Part shown: piece by piece, positions 1 through 13,543 of the stretch
Position numbering within the stretch: position 1 is the stretch's first letter
How the letters are laid out: each line of letters starts with the position of its first letter
Virus record (IMG/VR): IMGVR_UViG_2718218396_000008
Length of the DNA: 34,347 bases
Origin: a virus
Taxonomy: Duplodnaviria; Heunggongvirae; Uroviricota; Caudoviricetes
Direction: 5' to 3' (one strand)
Translations under genes and position numbers: made by a program
The notes under the pieces: model-generated
The model's database searches: none
What the model was told of the DNA's origin: nothing
Seen by the model: only the letters and a program-made list of their open reading frames with translations

Positions 1-88
1 TTATCTTCTGGTATTTAGCTATCCCTCATAAGTTAATTGCCGCTGAGATATCCTAAGCTCTAGCCTCTGAAAATACATTTATATTTCG

Positions 89-121
89 AAGCCCGCGATA
101 TTTTAAGCGGGCTTTTATTTT
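89..121. terminator. Stem-loop with T-run on + strand immediately beyond the tfa stop; candidate intrinsic terminator
   Basis: AAGCCCGC-(10 nt loop)-GCGGGCTT followed by TTATTTT on the + strand; no U-tract on the - strand side. Confidence 0.4.
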
Positions 122-701
122 AAACTTCAGGTATTACAGGCCACTCAATATCAGGTGCAGTTGATGTATCAACACGGTTCAGCAACACCCGATACTTTTT
201 CCAGGCTTCCAGCAATGAGGTTTCTTCCTCCGTTGCGATTTCCAGATCTACAGCATCCTGAAGTGGCGCAATATGCTCACTGGCTACCTGCATCAGGCTG
301 TTTTTTGTTTCTTCCGCCTCCCGGATCCGGAACAGTTTTTCTGCTTCTGCATCTTTCACCCAGGCTGTGCCGTTCCACTTCTGAAACTCCCCTTCCGGCG
401 ATAACCAGGTAACATTTTCCGGTAATGAGCCGAGTTCAGAAATAAATAACGCGTCGCCGGAAGCCACGTCATAAACCGTTTTACCCCGATGATCTTCAAC
501 GAGATGCCACGATGACTCATCACTGTTGAAAACAGCCACGAAGCCAGCCGGAATATCTGGCGGTGCAATATAGGTACTGTTTGCTGGCAGACCTGTATGA
601 GGCGGAATATATGCGTCACCTTCACCAATAAATTCATTAGTTCCGGTCAGCAGATTATAAATTTTTATGGTCCGTGGTTGTTCACTCATTCTGAATGCCA
701 T
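120..701 (-). CDS. tfa: Tail fibre assembly protein Tfa
   Basis: 193-aa ORF beginning [18 protein letters not shown], recognised as lambda Tfa (194 aa); directly downstream of stf with start/stop overlap. Confidence 0.93.
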   Translation of the reverse strand: MAFRMSEQPRTIKIYNLLTGTNEFIGEGDAYIPPHTGLPANSTYIAPPDIPAGFVAVFNSDESSWHLVEDHRGKTVYDVASGDALFISELGSLPENVTWLSPEGEFQKWNGTAWVKDAEAEKLFRIREAEETKNSLMQVASEHIAPLQDAVDLEIATEEETSLLEAWKKYRVLLNRVDTSTAPDIEWPVIPEV

Positions 702-3616
702 TATGCAAGCCTCACAATGTAGTTAAATGCGATGTTTTTGACAGTGTTTTCCGCGTTACCCGCAGCGTTAACGGTGATGGTGTGTCCATGTGAGCCAATC
801 GCAACAGAGTGCGTATGAGCACCAATACCGACAGTATGTGCGTGAGCACCTGCAGATGCAGCTGTGCCGCTGACACTATGAGTGTGCGCTCCTGCAGCAC
901 TTGTATTCACACTGGCCGCAGACACTACCTTATGTACTGACCCATTTTGTGACCACTGGCTGACTGCTGATGCGCCTGTGACACTATGAGTATGGTTTCC
1001 GGCACTTGCGGCTGTACCGCTCACACTGTGCGTGTGCGCCCCGGTGTTATTCGTGGATTTAGTGCCGTAATCAAACGACGATGTGGTTTTCGTCCCCAAA
1101 TCCGTACTGGATGCGCTGGCGCTGTGGGTGTGCGATTTAATGCCGTCCTGTTCCTGAGACAATACGGCCCGACCACTGGCAGGTTTGCCCTTAATCGTCC
1201 AGCCACGCATATCAGGGATCACGCCTGACGGATAAGCGGCTGCAAGTTTCGGGTATGCAGATTTGTCAAAAGTCTGCCCCTGCATCAGGGCATAGCCAGA
1301 CGGAACGGTATCTGATGGCCACGGGATTGGTGCGCCAGGCGGATAAAACTGCTCTGATGGCGTATAGAGTGAATAAACTGTACCGTCCGTTAACCCTTCC
1401 GGCTTATTAGCAGAATATGCTGGTGACGTATGAATCGTCACGCTGGCATTACTGGTATAATCCCATTGAATATTTACACCAGTCGCATAATTTCCGATTG
1501 CAACGTAAATATCGTAAGTATCACCAGATGTATTGACCCAGGCAAAATTTGTAAACCCTGTCGATGTGCGCTGCCATAAAGCACCAGTAATCCCCTTCGG
1601 ATTACCATTACCTGCACGCAAAACAAGTTCAGATATACCTGCCTGTTGAGGTGACCCCACGTTAAATCCCGCGCCACCAATCAACGTAATTGAAACAACA
1701 GAACTCGCCTGTGGCATGGTTACCGTTGCTAATTTGAACCAACCAGCACCACCGCTGAATGACATTGTTGTTGAGTTAAGCGTACCAATATCTTTCGGCG
1801 TCAGTGTTATATCCGATGAAAGCGCCTTACCATTCACCTTACGGGCAGAAGGTACCCGACCATTCGCATTATCATTAGCTGCTTTCACTGCTTTCGGTGT
1901 CGCGGCAAGCGTTTCAGATGCGCTGTTGGTTGCACTACTGAGCTGGACAATTCCTTTTTGTGCTGTCGTAGCGTCCTGAGCAGTATATTTCCCGTTAGCA
2001 AGGTCATAGGCTGCCTTTACCGACTTTGGCGTTGCCGCCAGCATTTCAGATGTGCTGTTGGTCGCGTTGCTAAGCTGAACTATCCCTTTCTGTGCTGTCG
2101 TTGCATCCTGTGCGGTGTATTTCCCGTTAGCCAGCTCATACGCGGCCTTAACGGCTTTTGGCGTTGCCGCCAGTGACTCGGAAGTGCTGTTAGTCGCACT
2201 GCTGAGCTGTACTATCCCCTTTTTCGTCGTGCTCGCATCCTCAAGCGCCACGGCGGATGCAATATCCTCTGCCCGTTTTGCCGCTGTCTCAGCGCGCGTT
2301 GCTGCAGATTCCGCCGTACTTTTGCTCTGAGCTGCTGCCGTCGCACTACCAGCTGCCTCTGTCGCCTTCGTGGATGCCGTCGTGGCGCTGCTCTTCGCTG
2401 CTGACGCTTGTCTGGTCGCCTCATCTTTTGAAGCAGACGCAGATGATGCCGATGACGCCGCCGAACTGGCTGACGATGCGGCAGCCGTTTTTGAGGATTC
2501 TGCGCTGGTTTCCGACGCTTTCGCGTTCGTTTCGGATGTCTTCGCTGCGGAAGCAGAACTCGCTGCTGCGCTGGCCTGTTCAGTGGCTTCGCCAGCCTTC
2601 GTTGTGGCTGTTGAAGCAGACGATGCGGCACTTTCTGCCGATTTTCCGGCGGCGGTGGCACTGGCTGAGGCCTGCCCGGCACTTGTTGACGCGGCACTGG
2701 CAGATAATGCAGCCGCTGTTTTTGAGCCTGCTGCTGCGGAGGCACTCTGTTCTGCTGCCGTTTCAGAGGACTTAGCGTTTGTCTCAGACGTTTTGGCCGC
2801 CTTCGCGGAATTGCCTGCCGCCGTTGCCGAGGAGGCTGCACTACTGGCGCTCGAGGCTGCGCTCGTTTCTGATGATTTTGCCGCCTCTTTTGAAGCCGAC
2901 GCATCCCTGGCTGAGGAGGCAGCTTCTGACGCTTTCGTGGTCGCGGTGGATGCAGAAGTGGCGGCTGATTGTTGTGACACTGCCGCATTCGTTTCTGACG
3001 TTTTCGCCGCACCGGCACTGGTAGCCGCCGCGCTTTTTGAGGACTCTGCAGCGGCAGCACTTTTTGATGCTTCAGTAGCCTTTGTTGATGCCGTTCCTGC
3101 GCTGGAAGACGCTGACTGAGCCGACGACGCGGCCTGTCCGGCTGACGTGCTGGCTGCGCGTGCTGAGTCCGCAGCATCAGTCGCATGGGTTGCCGCCTCA
3201 CGGGCTGATGTGCTGGCATCGCTGGCTGACTTCTTCGCGGCTGCCGTGTTCTGTGCCACCGCGGACGCGTTACGCGCCACCTCTTCCACCATCAGCTCAA
3301 AACGGCGCAGTGCCTCCGGACGGACATCATCCTCAGTCATGGCACCAAGAAAATCATTCAGCGTACCGGGTTGAGAATCTTCATACACGGTGATGGTCCC
3401 GGCATGTGACGGCGGGAACCCTTCCACCAACAGAATAACGCTGTACTGACCGTACTCAACGTCCATGCTGTAACGCCCGGCTTCATCCGGATTTTCTGAG
3501 GCCAGCGTGTTCACCACCACCGTGGTACTGTTACGTTTTGCTTTCAGCTGGATTGTGCAGTTCTGTACCGGTTTTCCTGTGCCGTCTTTCAGTACACCTG
3601 AAATCTTTACTGCCAT
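701..3616 (-). CDS. stf: Side tail fibre protein Stf (long variant, ~971 aa from the ATG)
   Basis: N-terminus [26 protein letters not shown] and C-terminus ...[11 protein letters not shown] match lambda Stf (orf-401/orf-314); Ala/Ser-rich central region and His-rich HxH repeats near the C-terminus. Track start 3622 is GTG; ATG at 3616 matches the lambda N-terminus. Confidence 0.9.
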   Translation of the reverse strand: MAVKISGVLKDGTGKPVQNCTIQLKAKRNSTTVVVNTLASENPDEAGRYSMDVEYGQYSVILLVEGFPPSHAGTITVYEDSQPGTLNDFLGAMTEDDVRPEALRRFELMVEEVARNASAVAQNTAAAKKSASDASTSAREAATHATDAADSARAASTSAGQAASSAQSASSSAGTASTKATEASKSAAAAESSKSAAATSAGAAKTSETNAAVSQQSAATSASTATTKASEAASSARDASASKEAAKSSETSAASSASSAASSATAAGNSAKAAKTSETNAKSSETAAEQSASAAAGSKTAAALSASAASTSAGQASASATAAGKSAESAASSASTATTKAGEATEQASAAASSASAAKTSETNAKASETSAESSKTAAASSASSAASSASSASASKDEATRQASAAKSSATTASTKATEAAGSATAAAQSKSTAESAATRAETAAKRAEDIASAVALEDASTTKKGIVQLSSATNSTSESLAATPKAVKAAYELANGKYTAQDATTAQKGIVQLSNATNSTSEMLAATPKSVKAAYDLANGKYTAQDATTAQKGIVQLSSATNSASETLAATPKAVKAANDNANGRVPSARKVNGKALSSDITLTPKDIGTLNSTTMSFSGGAGWFKLATVTMPQASSVVSITLIGGAGFNVGSPQQAGISELVLRAGNGNPKGITGALWQRTSTGFTNFAWVNTSGDTYDIYVAIGNYATGVNIQWDYTSNASVTIHTSPAYSANKPEGLTDGTVYSLYTPSEQFYPPGAPIPWPSDTVPSGYALMQGQTFDKSAYPKLAAAYPSGVIPDMRGWTIKGKPASGRAVLSQEQDGIKSHTHSASASSTDLGTKTTSSFDYGTKSTNNTGAHTHSVSGTAASAGNHTHSVTGASAVSQWSQNGSVHKVVSAASVNTSAAGAHTHSVSGTAASAGAHAHTVGIGAHTHSVAIGSHGHTITVNAAGNAENTVKNIAFNYIVRLA
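1891..2235. repeat. About three tandem copies of a 132-bp (44-codon) repeat inside stf
   Basis: Direct repeats visible in the DNA at ~1891, ~2024 and ~2155 (period 132 bp); protein unit [44 protein letters not shown] repeated three times. Confidence 0.8.
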
Positions 3617-3626
3617 ATTCACCCCA

Positions 3627-3654
3627 CAAAAAAGCCCGCCTGAACCGGCGGGCT
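3627..3654 (-). terminator. Intrinsic terminator downstream of lom
   Basis: - strand: GC-rich 7-8 bp stem (AGCCCGCC / GGCGGGCT, loop TGAACC) followed by TTTTTT; lies between the lom stop (3681) and the stf start. Confidence 0.5.
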
Positions 3655-3680
3655 GTCATAACACTGTGTTACCTAGCTAA

Positions 3681-4280
3681 TCAGAATTTATAACCAACAC
3701 CCACGATGAACCCGTCAGTGCGCCAGTCACCACTGCCAGAACCTTCATAAGCAATATCAATGGCCACGGATTCGGTCGGGTTAAACTGCACGCCAGCCCC
3801 CCACGCCAGAGACGTGTTGCTGTGGCGACCGTCATCACTTCCGGTCAGCACATCGTGCGTTTTCCCCTTGTTGTCAGTTACGCGAAGGTAATCCCCGGAA
3901 AAAGTCGAAACACGGCTGTAAGCCATACCCGCCATCGCATACGCGCTGAACCATTCATTCACGCGCACAGACGGCCCCGCCATCACGCTGAACCAGCGGT
4001 TACGCACGGAATCTTCATGCCAGCGGGTATCGCTGTAACGGGTCAGCTGGCGATTCTTGTCTCCTGCATAGCTGAATGACGTCACCAGCCCCAGCGTATC
4101 CGTAAACTCATAACGGTATTTCACGTTAATCCCGTTCAGATCATCACTGCCGGGAACGTTGGTCCGGGCATGAAGATACCCCGCGCTCAGCGTGGACTGA
4201 TGTTCAGATGCCCATGCAGGCGCACCGGATACGGCCAGACAAATGGCTGCGGACAAAATGGCGGCATAAAGTTTACGCAT
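3681..4280 (-). CDS. lom: Outer-membrane protein Lom (Ail/Lom/OmpX family), signal peptide present
   Basis: 199-aa ORF with N-terminal signal sequence and C-terminus ...DIAYEGSGSGDWRTDGFIVGVGYKF, recognised as lambda Lom. Confidence 0.93.
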   Translation of the reverse strand: MRKLYAAILSAAICLAVSGAPAWASEHQSTLSAGYLHARTNVPGSDDLNGINVKYRYEFTDTLGLVTSFSYAGDKNRQLTRYSDTRWHEDSVRNRWFSVMAGPSVRVNEWFSAYAMAGMAYSRVSTFSGDYLRVTDNKGKTHDVLTGSDDGRHSNTSLAWGAGVQFNPTESVAIDIAYEGSGSGDWRTDGFIVGVGYKF

Positions 4281-4304
4281 AATTACCTCTCGCTTTTCTG
4301 CAAT

Positions 4305-4328
4305 AAAAAAGGCGTCATTTCTGACGCC
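4305..4328 (-). terminator. Intrinsic terminator between J and lom
   Basis: - strand: stem GGCGTCA/TGACGCC with short loop followed by TTTTTTATT; 18 nt after the J stop. Confidence 0.5.
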
Positions 4329-4346
4329 CGTTCTGGGTTATAAAAT

Positions 4347-7748
<3,402 letters not shown>

Positions 7749-7767
7749 TCATGCTCCATAAACGATA

Positions 7768-7787
7768 AAACCGCCCGGAGGCGGTTT
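7768..7787 (-). terminator. Hairpin between I and J (weak terminator-like element or RNA structure)
   Basis: AAACCGCC-CGGA-GGCGGTTT perfect 8-bp stem; on the - strand followed by a TTTTATCGTTTAT tract. Confidence 0.25.
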
Positions 7788-7805
7788 CACATAAAACATT
7801 TTGCA

Positions 7806-8477
7806 TCAGCGACCAATCACCACAACCTGACCACCGTCCCCTTCGTCTGCCGTGCTGATCTCTTGAGAAACCACGCGTGACCCCACGCGCATTTCACCGT
7901 ACAGAACCGGCAGAACATTGCCCTGGGCAACCATGTTATCCAGTGAGGAGAAATAGGTGTTCTGTTTGCCGTTATCCGTTGTCTGTGTACGGGGAGTTCT
8001 GGCTTTCGGTGCCAGCATCTGCGCCACACCACCGAGCACCATACTGGCACCGAGAGAAAACAGGATGCCGGTCATACCACCGGCCCCAATGGCTGCCCCC
8101 CATGCTGCAAGGGTGGCTCCGGCGGTAAAGAATGATCCGGCAATGGCGGCAGCCCCCAGGACAATCTGGAATACGCCACCTGACTTGGCCCCGGCGACTC
8201 TGGGAACAATATGAATCACAGCGCCATCAGGCAGAGTCTCATGTAACTGCGCCGTTAACCCGGACGTGCTGACGTCCCGCCCGGTAATCCGTACCTGATA
8301 CCAGCCGTCGCTCAGCTTCTGACGAAACACCGGGAGCTGTGTGGCCAGTGCGCGGATGGCTTCAGCCCCCGTTTTCACACGAAGGTCGATGCGGCGGCCA
8401 AATCGTTGCAAATCCCCGTAAAGGCAGATGCGCGCCATGCCCGGTGACGCCAGAGGGAGTGTGTGCGTCGCTGCCAT
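7806..8477 (-). CDS. I: Tail assembly protein I
   Basis: 223-aa ORF, same length as lambda gpI; Gly/Ala-rich hydrophobic centre; recognised sequence. Confidence 0.93.
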   Translation of the reverse strand: MAATHTLPLASPGMARICLYGDLQRFGRRIDLRVKTGAEAIRALATQLPVFRQKLSDGWYQVRITGRDVSTSGLTAQLHETLPDGAVIHIVPRVAGAKSGGVFQIVLGAAAIAGSFFTAGATLAAWGAAIGAGGMTGILFSLGASMVLGGVAQMLAPKARTPRTQTTDNGKQNTYFSSLDNMVAQGNVLPVLYGEMRVGSRVVSQEISTADEGDGGQVVVIGR

Positions 8478-9118
8478 TTGTCGGTATACCTCTCTCGTTT
8501 GCTCAGTTGTTCAGGAATATGGTGCAGCAGCTCGCCATCACCACAGTAAATGGCGGCATGATTCGGCACCGATGAACCAAAACAGCACAGCAGCACATCG
8601 CCCGGTTGTGCTGATGACAACGGCACCTGATACAGCCCTGTGGCCTCCAGATTATCCAGATAGAGATTCTGACCGTGACGCCACCAGTCATCCTCGCGAT
8701 GAAAATCCGGCATCTCAATCCCCGCCAGATGATAAGCATCCCGGAACAGCGTGTAACAGTCCGTCACCCCGTGCTCAAAGCGCCGCCCGGTGAGATGCGG
8801 CACACAGCGGAACTTATGAATCGTCCCCCGGCAGACCAGCCACCACGGCAAATCACTCTGCACCTGCAGCCGCCGGTCGGCCTCACTCAGCCAGGGCAGA
8901 CCACCGGGGTGGCTGTGGACCAGCGCCACAATCTCACCCTGCATTTCTGCCTGCAGCCAGTCTTCCGGCGACATACGGAAATACGCCTCCGGCTCACCGG
9001 AGATATTCACGCAGGGGAAATATCTTTCCCCCTCCGGCGTGCTTACCACGAAGCCGCACGACTCCGCTGGCGCACATCGCCGGGCGTGCGCCAGAATCGC
9101 TGATTCTGTCTGTGTCAT
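8375..9118 (-). CDS. K: Tail assembly protein K (MPN/JAMM-like N-domain plus NlpC/P60-like C-domain)
   Basis: 247-aa ORF starting MTQTESAILAHARRCAPAESCGF; HSH...D motif then Cys/His (DCYTL ... NHAAIY); 3' end overlaps I by ~103 nt in another frame. Confidence 0.9.
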   Translation of the reverse strand: MTQTESAILAHARRCAPAESCGFVVSTPEGERYFPCVNISGEPEAYFRMSPEDWLQAEMQGEIVALVHSHPGGLPWLSEADRRLQVQSDLPWWLVCRGTIHKFRCVPHLTGRRFEHGVTDCYTLFRDAYHLAGIEMPDFHREDDWWRHGQNLYLDNLEATGLYQVPLSSAQPGDVLLCCFGSSVPNHAAIYCGDGELLHHIPEQLSKRERYTDKWQRRTHSLWRHRAWRASAFTGICNDLAAASTFV

Positions 9119-9123
9119 GGGAT

Positions 9124-9822
9124 TTACTGCGAAAGTTTGTTAATGGAAAGGAAGCCGCCAAAGTTGCCGACGTTATTGCGGAACTTACAACCGCTCAGGC
9201 ATTTGCTGCATTTATCCTTCGTGATATCGGACGTTGGCTGGTCATATTCATCCGCGACCGCCGGACCGTGATAACCGCACTCATCGCCGCGATAGGTCCA
9301 GGTGCAGGTGTTGGCCAGCATGATACGTCCCGGAAAAACAGCGCCGTCCGTTTCCGTCGGCGTGGACAGTACAAAAGAGGCACTCACCGCGCTCAGTTCG
9401 CTGCACTGCTCAATGCGCCAGCGGCTGATCACCTCCTGCTCCGGATCGGCGTCACTGTTTCCGTTGACGAAGTTCACCGCATCCAGAAAACGGGCGTAAA
9501 CCTTACGCCGGACCACCGTTCCGCCGACCAGACTCTGCAGATCTTCCGCCATCCCGGTGACCATACCGTACAGGTTAGAAACCGTCAGCGTGGGGCGCGT
9601 ACTGGTGCCTTTGCCATTCAGTTCAAAACCACTCCCCTGAATGGGATACGGCTGATACTGTCGCCCCTGCCAGGTGACCGGCTCACCTTTTTCGTTCTGC
9701 TCATTACAGAAAAAATAACGTTCTCCACCGACCTCTGTCAGATCGATTTCCCAGAGCACCACGCTGGCCGACTGCTCCGCACGGGTGCATTCATTCAGTG
9801 TTTCCTGCCGGATATCCTGCAT
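9124..9822 (-). CDS. L: Tail tip assembly protein L
   Basis: 232-aa ORF, lambda gpL length; Cys cluster near the C-terminus (CSKCLSGCKF). Confidence 0.93.
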   Translation of the reverse strand: MQDIRQETLNECTRAEQSASVVLWEIDLTEVGGERYFFCNEQNEKGEPVTWQGRQYQPYPIQGSGFELNGKGTSTRPTLTVSNLYGMVTGMAEDLQSLVGGTVVRRKVYARFLDAVNFVNGNSDADPEQEVISRWRIEQCSELSAVSASFVLSTPTETDGAVFPGRIMLANTCTWTYRGDECGYHGPAVADEYDQPTSDITKDKCSKCLSGCKFRNNVGNFGGFLSINKLSQ

Positions 9823-10151
9823 CAGTTCACCACCTGTTCAAACTCTGCGCTGAACTCAACACGCAGCATACTGACCCGCGACGACCATTTTGCGCAGGTC
9901 ACCTTTATCTGCCGCCACTCATAAGGCGGCGTCCACAGAAAGGCCTTCCAGCCCCCGTGCTCAGCCAGAAACGACTCAAGCGCCGTGGCCTCCCAACGGG
10001 GAACAGAAAGCGTCACGCTGTACGTTTTCAGGTCGGCATTCAGCCCGGCAGGCGCTCGCTGGGAATAGCCATCACCAAAGCGCACCTTTCTTACGGAAGG
10101 GGCCGAAGCCACATCCATACCGGGTTTCACTTTCCAGCGGAAGGTTTTCAT
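9822..10151 (-). CDS. M: Tail tip protein M
   Basis: 109-aa ORF, lambda gpM length; overlaps the H stop and L start. Confidence 0.93.
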   Translation of the reverse strand: MKTFRWKVKPGMDVASAPSVRKVRFGDGYSQRAPAGLNADLKTYSVTLSVPRWEATALESFLAEHGGWKAFLWTPPYEWRQIKVTCAKWSSRVSMLRVEFSAEFEQVVN

Positions 10152-12697
10152 CGTCCACCTCCGGAGAACAGACCACCATCGCGCATCTGCCCGGTCACAA
10201 CATCCATTGCCGCCTTACGGGCTACGTCATAAACCGCCTTCAGTGCCTGTGGCCCTATCTGACCGTTCGTGCCGTCGTTGTTAATCACCACATGGTTATT
10301 CTGCTCAAACGTCCCGGACGCCTGCGACCGGCTGTCCGCCATGCTGCCCGGTGTACCGACATAACCGCCGGTGGCATAGCCGCGCATCAGCCGGTAAAGA
10401 TTTCCTACGCCAATCCGGCTGGTTGCCTCCTTCGTGAAGACAAATTCACCACGGTGAACAATCCCCGCTGGCTCATATTTGCCGCCGGTTCCCGTAAACC
10501 CTCCGGCCGCAAAATGGAATTTCGCCGCAGCTGCCTGAATGGCTGTACCGCCTGACGCTGATGCGCCGCCGCCAATGGCGCTGCCTATACTTCCGACAAT
10601 CCCCACCATTGCCTGCTTAAGCAGAATTTCTGTCATCATGGACAGCACGGAACGGGTGAAGCTGCGCCAGTTCTGTTCACTGCCGGTCAGCATCGCCGCC
10701 ATATTCTGTGCAATACCATCAAAGGTCTGCGTGGCAGCACTTTTAACCTGCGACATACTGTCCGTGGCGCTCTCTTCCCACTCACTCCAGCCTGACCTGA
10801 GGCCTGCCATCCAGCTCCCGCGAAGCTGGTCTTCAGCTGCCCAGGTCTTTTTCTGCTCTGACATGACGTTATTCAGCGCCAGAGGATTATCGCCATACTG
10901 TTCCTTCAGGCGCTGTTCCGTGGCTTCCCGCGCTGCCTGCCGGTCAGTCAGCCCCCGGTTTTTTGCATCAATGGCGGCCCGTTTTGCCCGTTGTTGCTGT
11001 GCGAATTTATCCGCCTGCTGTGCCAGCGCGTTCAGGTGCTCCTGATAGGTGACCTTGTCGCCAAGTACAGCCAGCTGGCGTTTGTACTCCAGCGTCTCGT
11101 CTTTATGCGCCAGCAGGGATTTCTCCTGTGCGGACAGCTGGCGACGTTGTGCCGCCTCCTCCAGTACCGCGAACTGACTTTCTGCCTTCCACAAATCCCG
11201 GCGCTGCTGGCTGATTTTCTCATTCGCTCCGGCATGCTTCTCCAGCATCCGGAGTTCTGCCTGAAGCGTCAGCAGGGCAGCATGAGCACTGTCTTCCTGA
11301 CGATCGCCCGCAGACACCTTCACGCCGGACTGTTTCGGCTTTTTCAGCGTCGCTTCATAGTCCTTTTTCGCCGCCGCCATCAGCGTGTTGTAATCTGCCT
11401 GCAGGATTTTCCCGTCTTTCAGTGCCTTATTCAGTTCTTCCTGACGGGCGGTATATTTCTCCAGCGGCGTCTGCAGGCGTTCGTAAGCCTTCTGCGCCTC
11501 TTCGGTATATTTCAGCCGTGACGCTTCGGTATCGCTCTGTTGCTGCGCATTTTTGTCCTGTTGACTCTGCTGCTCAGCCTTCTTTCGGGCGGCTTCAAGC
11601 GCAAGACGGGCCTTTTCACGATCATCCCAGTAACGCGCCCGCGCTTCATCGTTAACAAAATAATCATCCTTGCGCAGATTCCAGATATCGTCCGCTTTCT
11701 TAAACGCGGCCTCTGCCTTAATCAGCATCTCCTGCGCGGTATCAGGACGACCAATATCCAGCACCGCATCCCACATGGATTTGAATGCCCGTGCTGTCCT
11801 GTCTGCCCAGGTTTCCAGCGTGCCCATGTTCTCTTTCAGGCGGCGGGTCTGGTCATCAAACCCTTTCGTCGCGGCCTCGTTCGCCGCCTGCAATGCCCCG
11901 GCTTCTTCGCCGGAACGCTGCAACTGAGCAACATACGCAATCTGCTCCGCCGTCACGTTATGGAACTGGCGCGCCATCGCTGTCAGCCCCGACGTCGGGT
12001 CAGTGGTCAGCTTCCCGAAGGCTTCAGCGACCTTGTCCACCTCCACGCCTGATGCAGAGGAGAAACGCGCCACACTCTGGCTGATGGACGCAATCTGAGC
12101 CTCACCGCTTACCCCCGCCTTAACCAGTGCGCTGAGTGACTCGCTGGTCTGGTTAAACGTCAGCCCTGCCGCCTGCCCGGCTCTGGACAGGACCAGCATA
12201 CGATCTGCCGTCAGCCCGGCCTGATTGCCGGAAAGGACCAGCGTTTTGTTGAAATCGGACAGGGTTGAGTTGCCCTGATACCAGGCATACGCCAGCGCAC
12301 CGGTCGCCACCGCCAGCGAGGTGGCCCCCACCATCGGCAGGGTGATCGCACCGGCAAGCCCCCGGAACATGGGGATCATCCCGCCGAAGGAGTCCTTCAC
12401 CTGCCCCCCCTGTTGCAGCAGGATCAGCCACGGACTTTGCCCACCTGCAAGCTGCGTGGCCACGTCAGTGAACTGCGCAGGCAGCATACGCATGGCGGCT
12501 TTATACTGCCCGACGGAAATTCCCGCTTTCTGTGCAGCCAGCGCCTGCCGGCTCATCGACTGTTCAACGACTGCCGCTGTTTTTTTCGCATCACTTTCCG
12601 TACCGGAAAAATGACGCCTGACTCTGGCCATCTGCTCGTCAAATCTGGCCGCATCCAGACTTAAATCAACGACCAGATCGCCTACCGGTTCAGCCAT
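10148..12697 (-). CDS. H: Tail tape-measure protein H
   Basis: 849-aa ORF; long coiled-coil-rich centre, Gly-rich C-terminal region; recognised as lambda gpH (853 aa in lambda). Confidence 0.95.
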   Translation of the reverse strand: MAEPVGDLVVDLSLDAARFDEQMARVRRHFSGTESDAKKTAAVVEQSMSRQALAAQKAGISVGQYKAAMRMLPAQFTDVATQLAGGQSPWLILLQQGGQVKDSFGGMIPMFRGLAGAITLPMVGATSLAVATGALAYAWYQGNSTLSDFNKTLVLSGNQAGLTADRMLVLSRAGQAAGLTFNQTSESLSALVKAGVSGEAQIASISQSVARFSSASGVEVDKVAEAFGKLTTDPTSGLTAMARQFHNVTAEQIAYVAQLQRSGEEAGALQAANEAATKGFDDQTRRLKENMGTLETWADRTARAFKSMWDAVLDIGRPDTAQEMLIKAEAAFKKADDIWNLRKDDYFVNDEARARYWDDREKARLALEAARKKAEQQSQQDKNAQQQSDTEASRLKYTEEAQKAYERLQTPLEKYTARQEELNKALKDGKILQADYNTLMAAAKKDYEATLKKPKQSGVKVSAGDRQEDSAHAALLTLQAELRMLEKHAGANEKISQQRRDLWKAESQFAVLEEAAQRRQLSAQEKSLLAHKDETLEYKRQLAVLGDKVTYQEHLNALAQQADKFAQQQRAKRAAIDAKNRGLTDRQAAREATEQRLKEQYGDNPLALNNVMSEQKKTWAAEDQLRGSWMAGLRSGWSEWEESATDSMSQVKSAATQTFDGIAQNMAAMLTGSEQNWRSFTRSVLSMMTEILLKQAMVGIVGSIGSAIGGGASASGGTAIQAAAAKFHFAAGGFTGTGGKYEPAGIVHRGEFVFTKEATSRIGVGNLYRLMRGYATGGYVGTPGSMADSRSQASGTFEQNNHVVINNDGTNGQIGPQALKAVYDVARKAAMDVVTGQMRDGGLFSGGGR

Positions 12698-13124
12698 ACC
12701 GGACTCCTCCTGCGATCCCTTCTGATACTGTCATCAGCATTACGTCATCCTCCGTCATGTCCGCCACATCCGGGGAAGCGGGGATAACTTCATTCCCGTC
12801 CGGGCCAAAACGAACGCCTCCAGCAAGCCCTGCCGCTTTCTGCATCAGCACATCATCTTCAGGCTCTTCGTCAGCCTCACGCCGGTTCAGCAGACTGAAA
12901 TCCAGCGGATGCATATCCGGATCGCTGAAAAACAGGCTGAGCACGGTGTACGTCAGCCCGGAAAAGTGCATATCCAGCAGAACATCATGAAAATAATGGG
13001 TACTGTAAAAGCGGTGCCAGTCGGCATACTCCGTGGATGACATCCCGGCAAGCATGGCACGCCAGTCGGGTCGCCCCATCTCGCGCGCCAGTTTCAGGGC
13101 AAAACTCAGCTCACCGTCGAACAC
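12690..13124 (-). CDS. T: T segment of tail assembly chaperone GT, expressed as a G-T fusion by -1 programmed frameshift
   Basis: ORF in the -1 frame relative to G, beginning inside the G 3' end; overlaps the H start; read-through sequence ...VFDGELSFALKLAREMG. Confidence 0.85.
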   Translation of the reverse strand: MFDGELSFALKLAREMGRPDWRAMLAGMSSTEYADWHRFYSTHYFHDVLLDMHFSGLTYTVLSLFFSDPDMHPLDFSLLNRREADEEPEDDVLMQKAAGLAGGVRFGPDGNEVIPASPDVADMTEDDVMLMTVSEGIAGGVRYG

Positions 13125-13528
13125 TTTCCCGCAGAAACAGGCTCTGCAGGCCCGGCGTCCTCTGCCTGTTCAGGGGCATCATTCACCACAAACTCATACA
13201 TACCGGACAGCCGGTACACCACGTTTTCAGCATGAGAAATTGCCTCCGCGGGCCAGGTGGTAAGCACTTCCTGCTCAATCTGTTTAACGGCTTCATTCAT
13301 GGACGGCATCTGCGTCTTCTTCGGATGGTTATGCCACAGGGACATCGCCACCACAAAAGCGCCGGTTCTGATGGCGTCTTCCACAGTAAACTTCCGGTTG
13401 CTGTCTGACTCCGCCTGTTCTGCCTGCCGTTTCATCAGGGCGAGATGCTCAATACGCTGCAGGGCTGACAGTTCAGAAAGCGTGACGGTCACGCCGTTAT
13501 GTTCAAATGATTCGGTTTTCAGGAACAT
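13106..13528 (-). CDS. G: Tail assembly chaperone G
   Basis: 140-aa ORF, lambda gpG length; ends ...SAGKCSTVS. Confidence 0.93.
   Translation of the reverse strand: MFLKTESFEHNGVTVTLSELSALQRIEHLALMKRQAEQAESDSNRKFTVEDAIRTGAFVVAMSLWHNHPKKTQMPSMNEAVKQIEQEVLTTWPAEAISHAENVVYRLSGMYEFVVNDAPEQAEDAGPAEPVSAGKCSTVS
13124..13130 (-). other. -1 programmed ribosomal frameshift slippery heptamer G GGA AAG
   Basis: Plus-strand CTTTCCC at 13124-13130 = GGGAAAG on the coding strand, 6 codons before the G stop; identical to the known lambda G/GT slip site. Confidence 0.85.
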
Positions 13529-13543
13529 CGCTGATTCTCCGGA

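Noticed and set aside
2212-3219. 335-aa Arg/Pro/Gln-rich ORF (- strand) and 249-aa Ala/Asp-rich ORF (+ strand, 2370-3119)
   Set aside because: Alternative frames of the Ala/Ser-rich repetitive part of stf; low-complexity repeats keep frames open without indicating genes.
7877-8214. + strand ORFs of 83-85 aa
   Set aside because: Antisense to tail gene I; no RBS; frame kept open by GC-rich coding sequence.
10539-12084. Several 80-180 aa + strand ORFs
   Set aside because: Antisense to the tape-measure gene H; no independent support.
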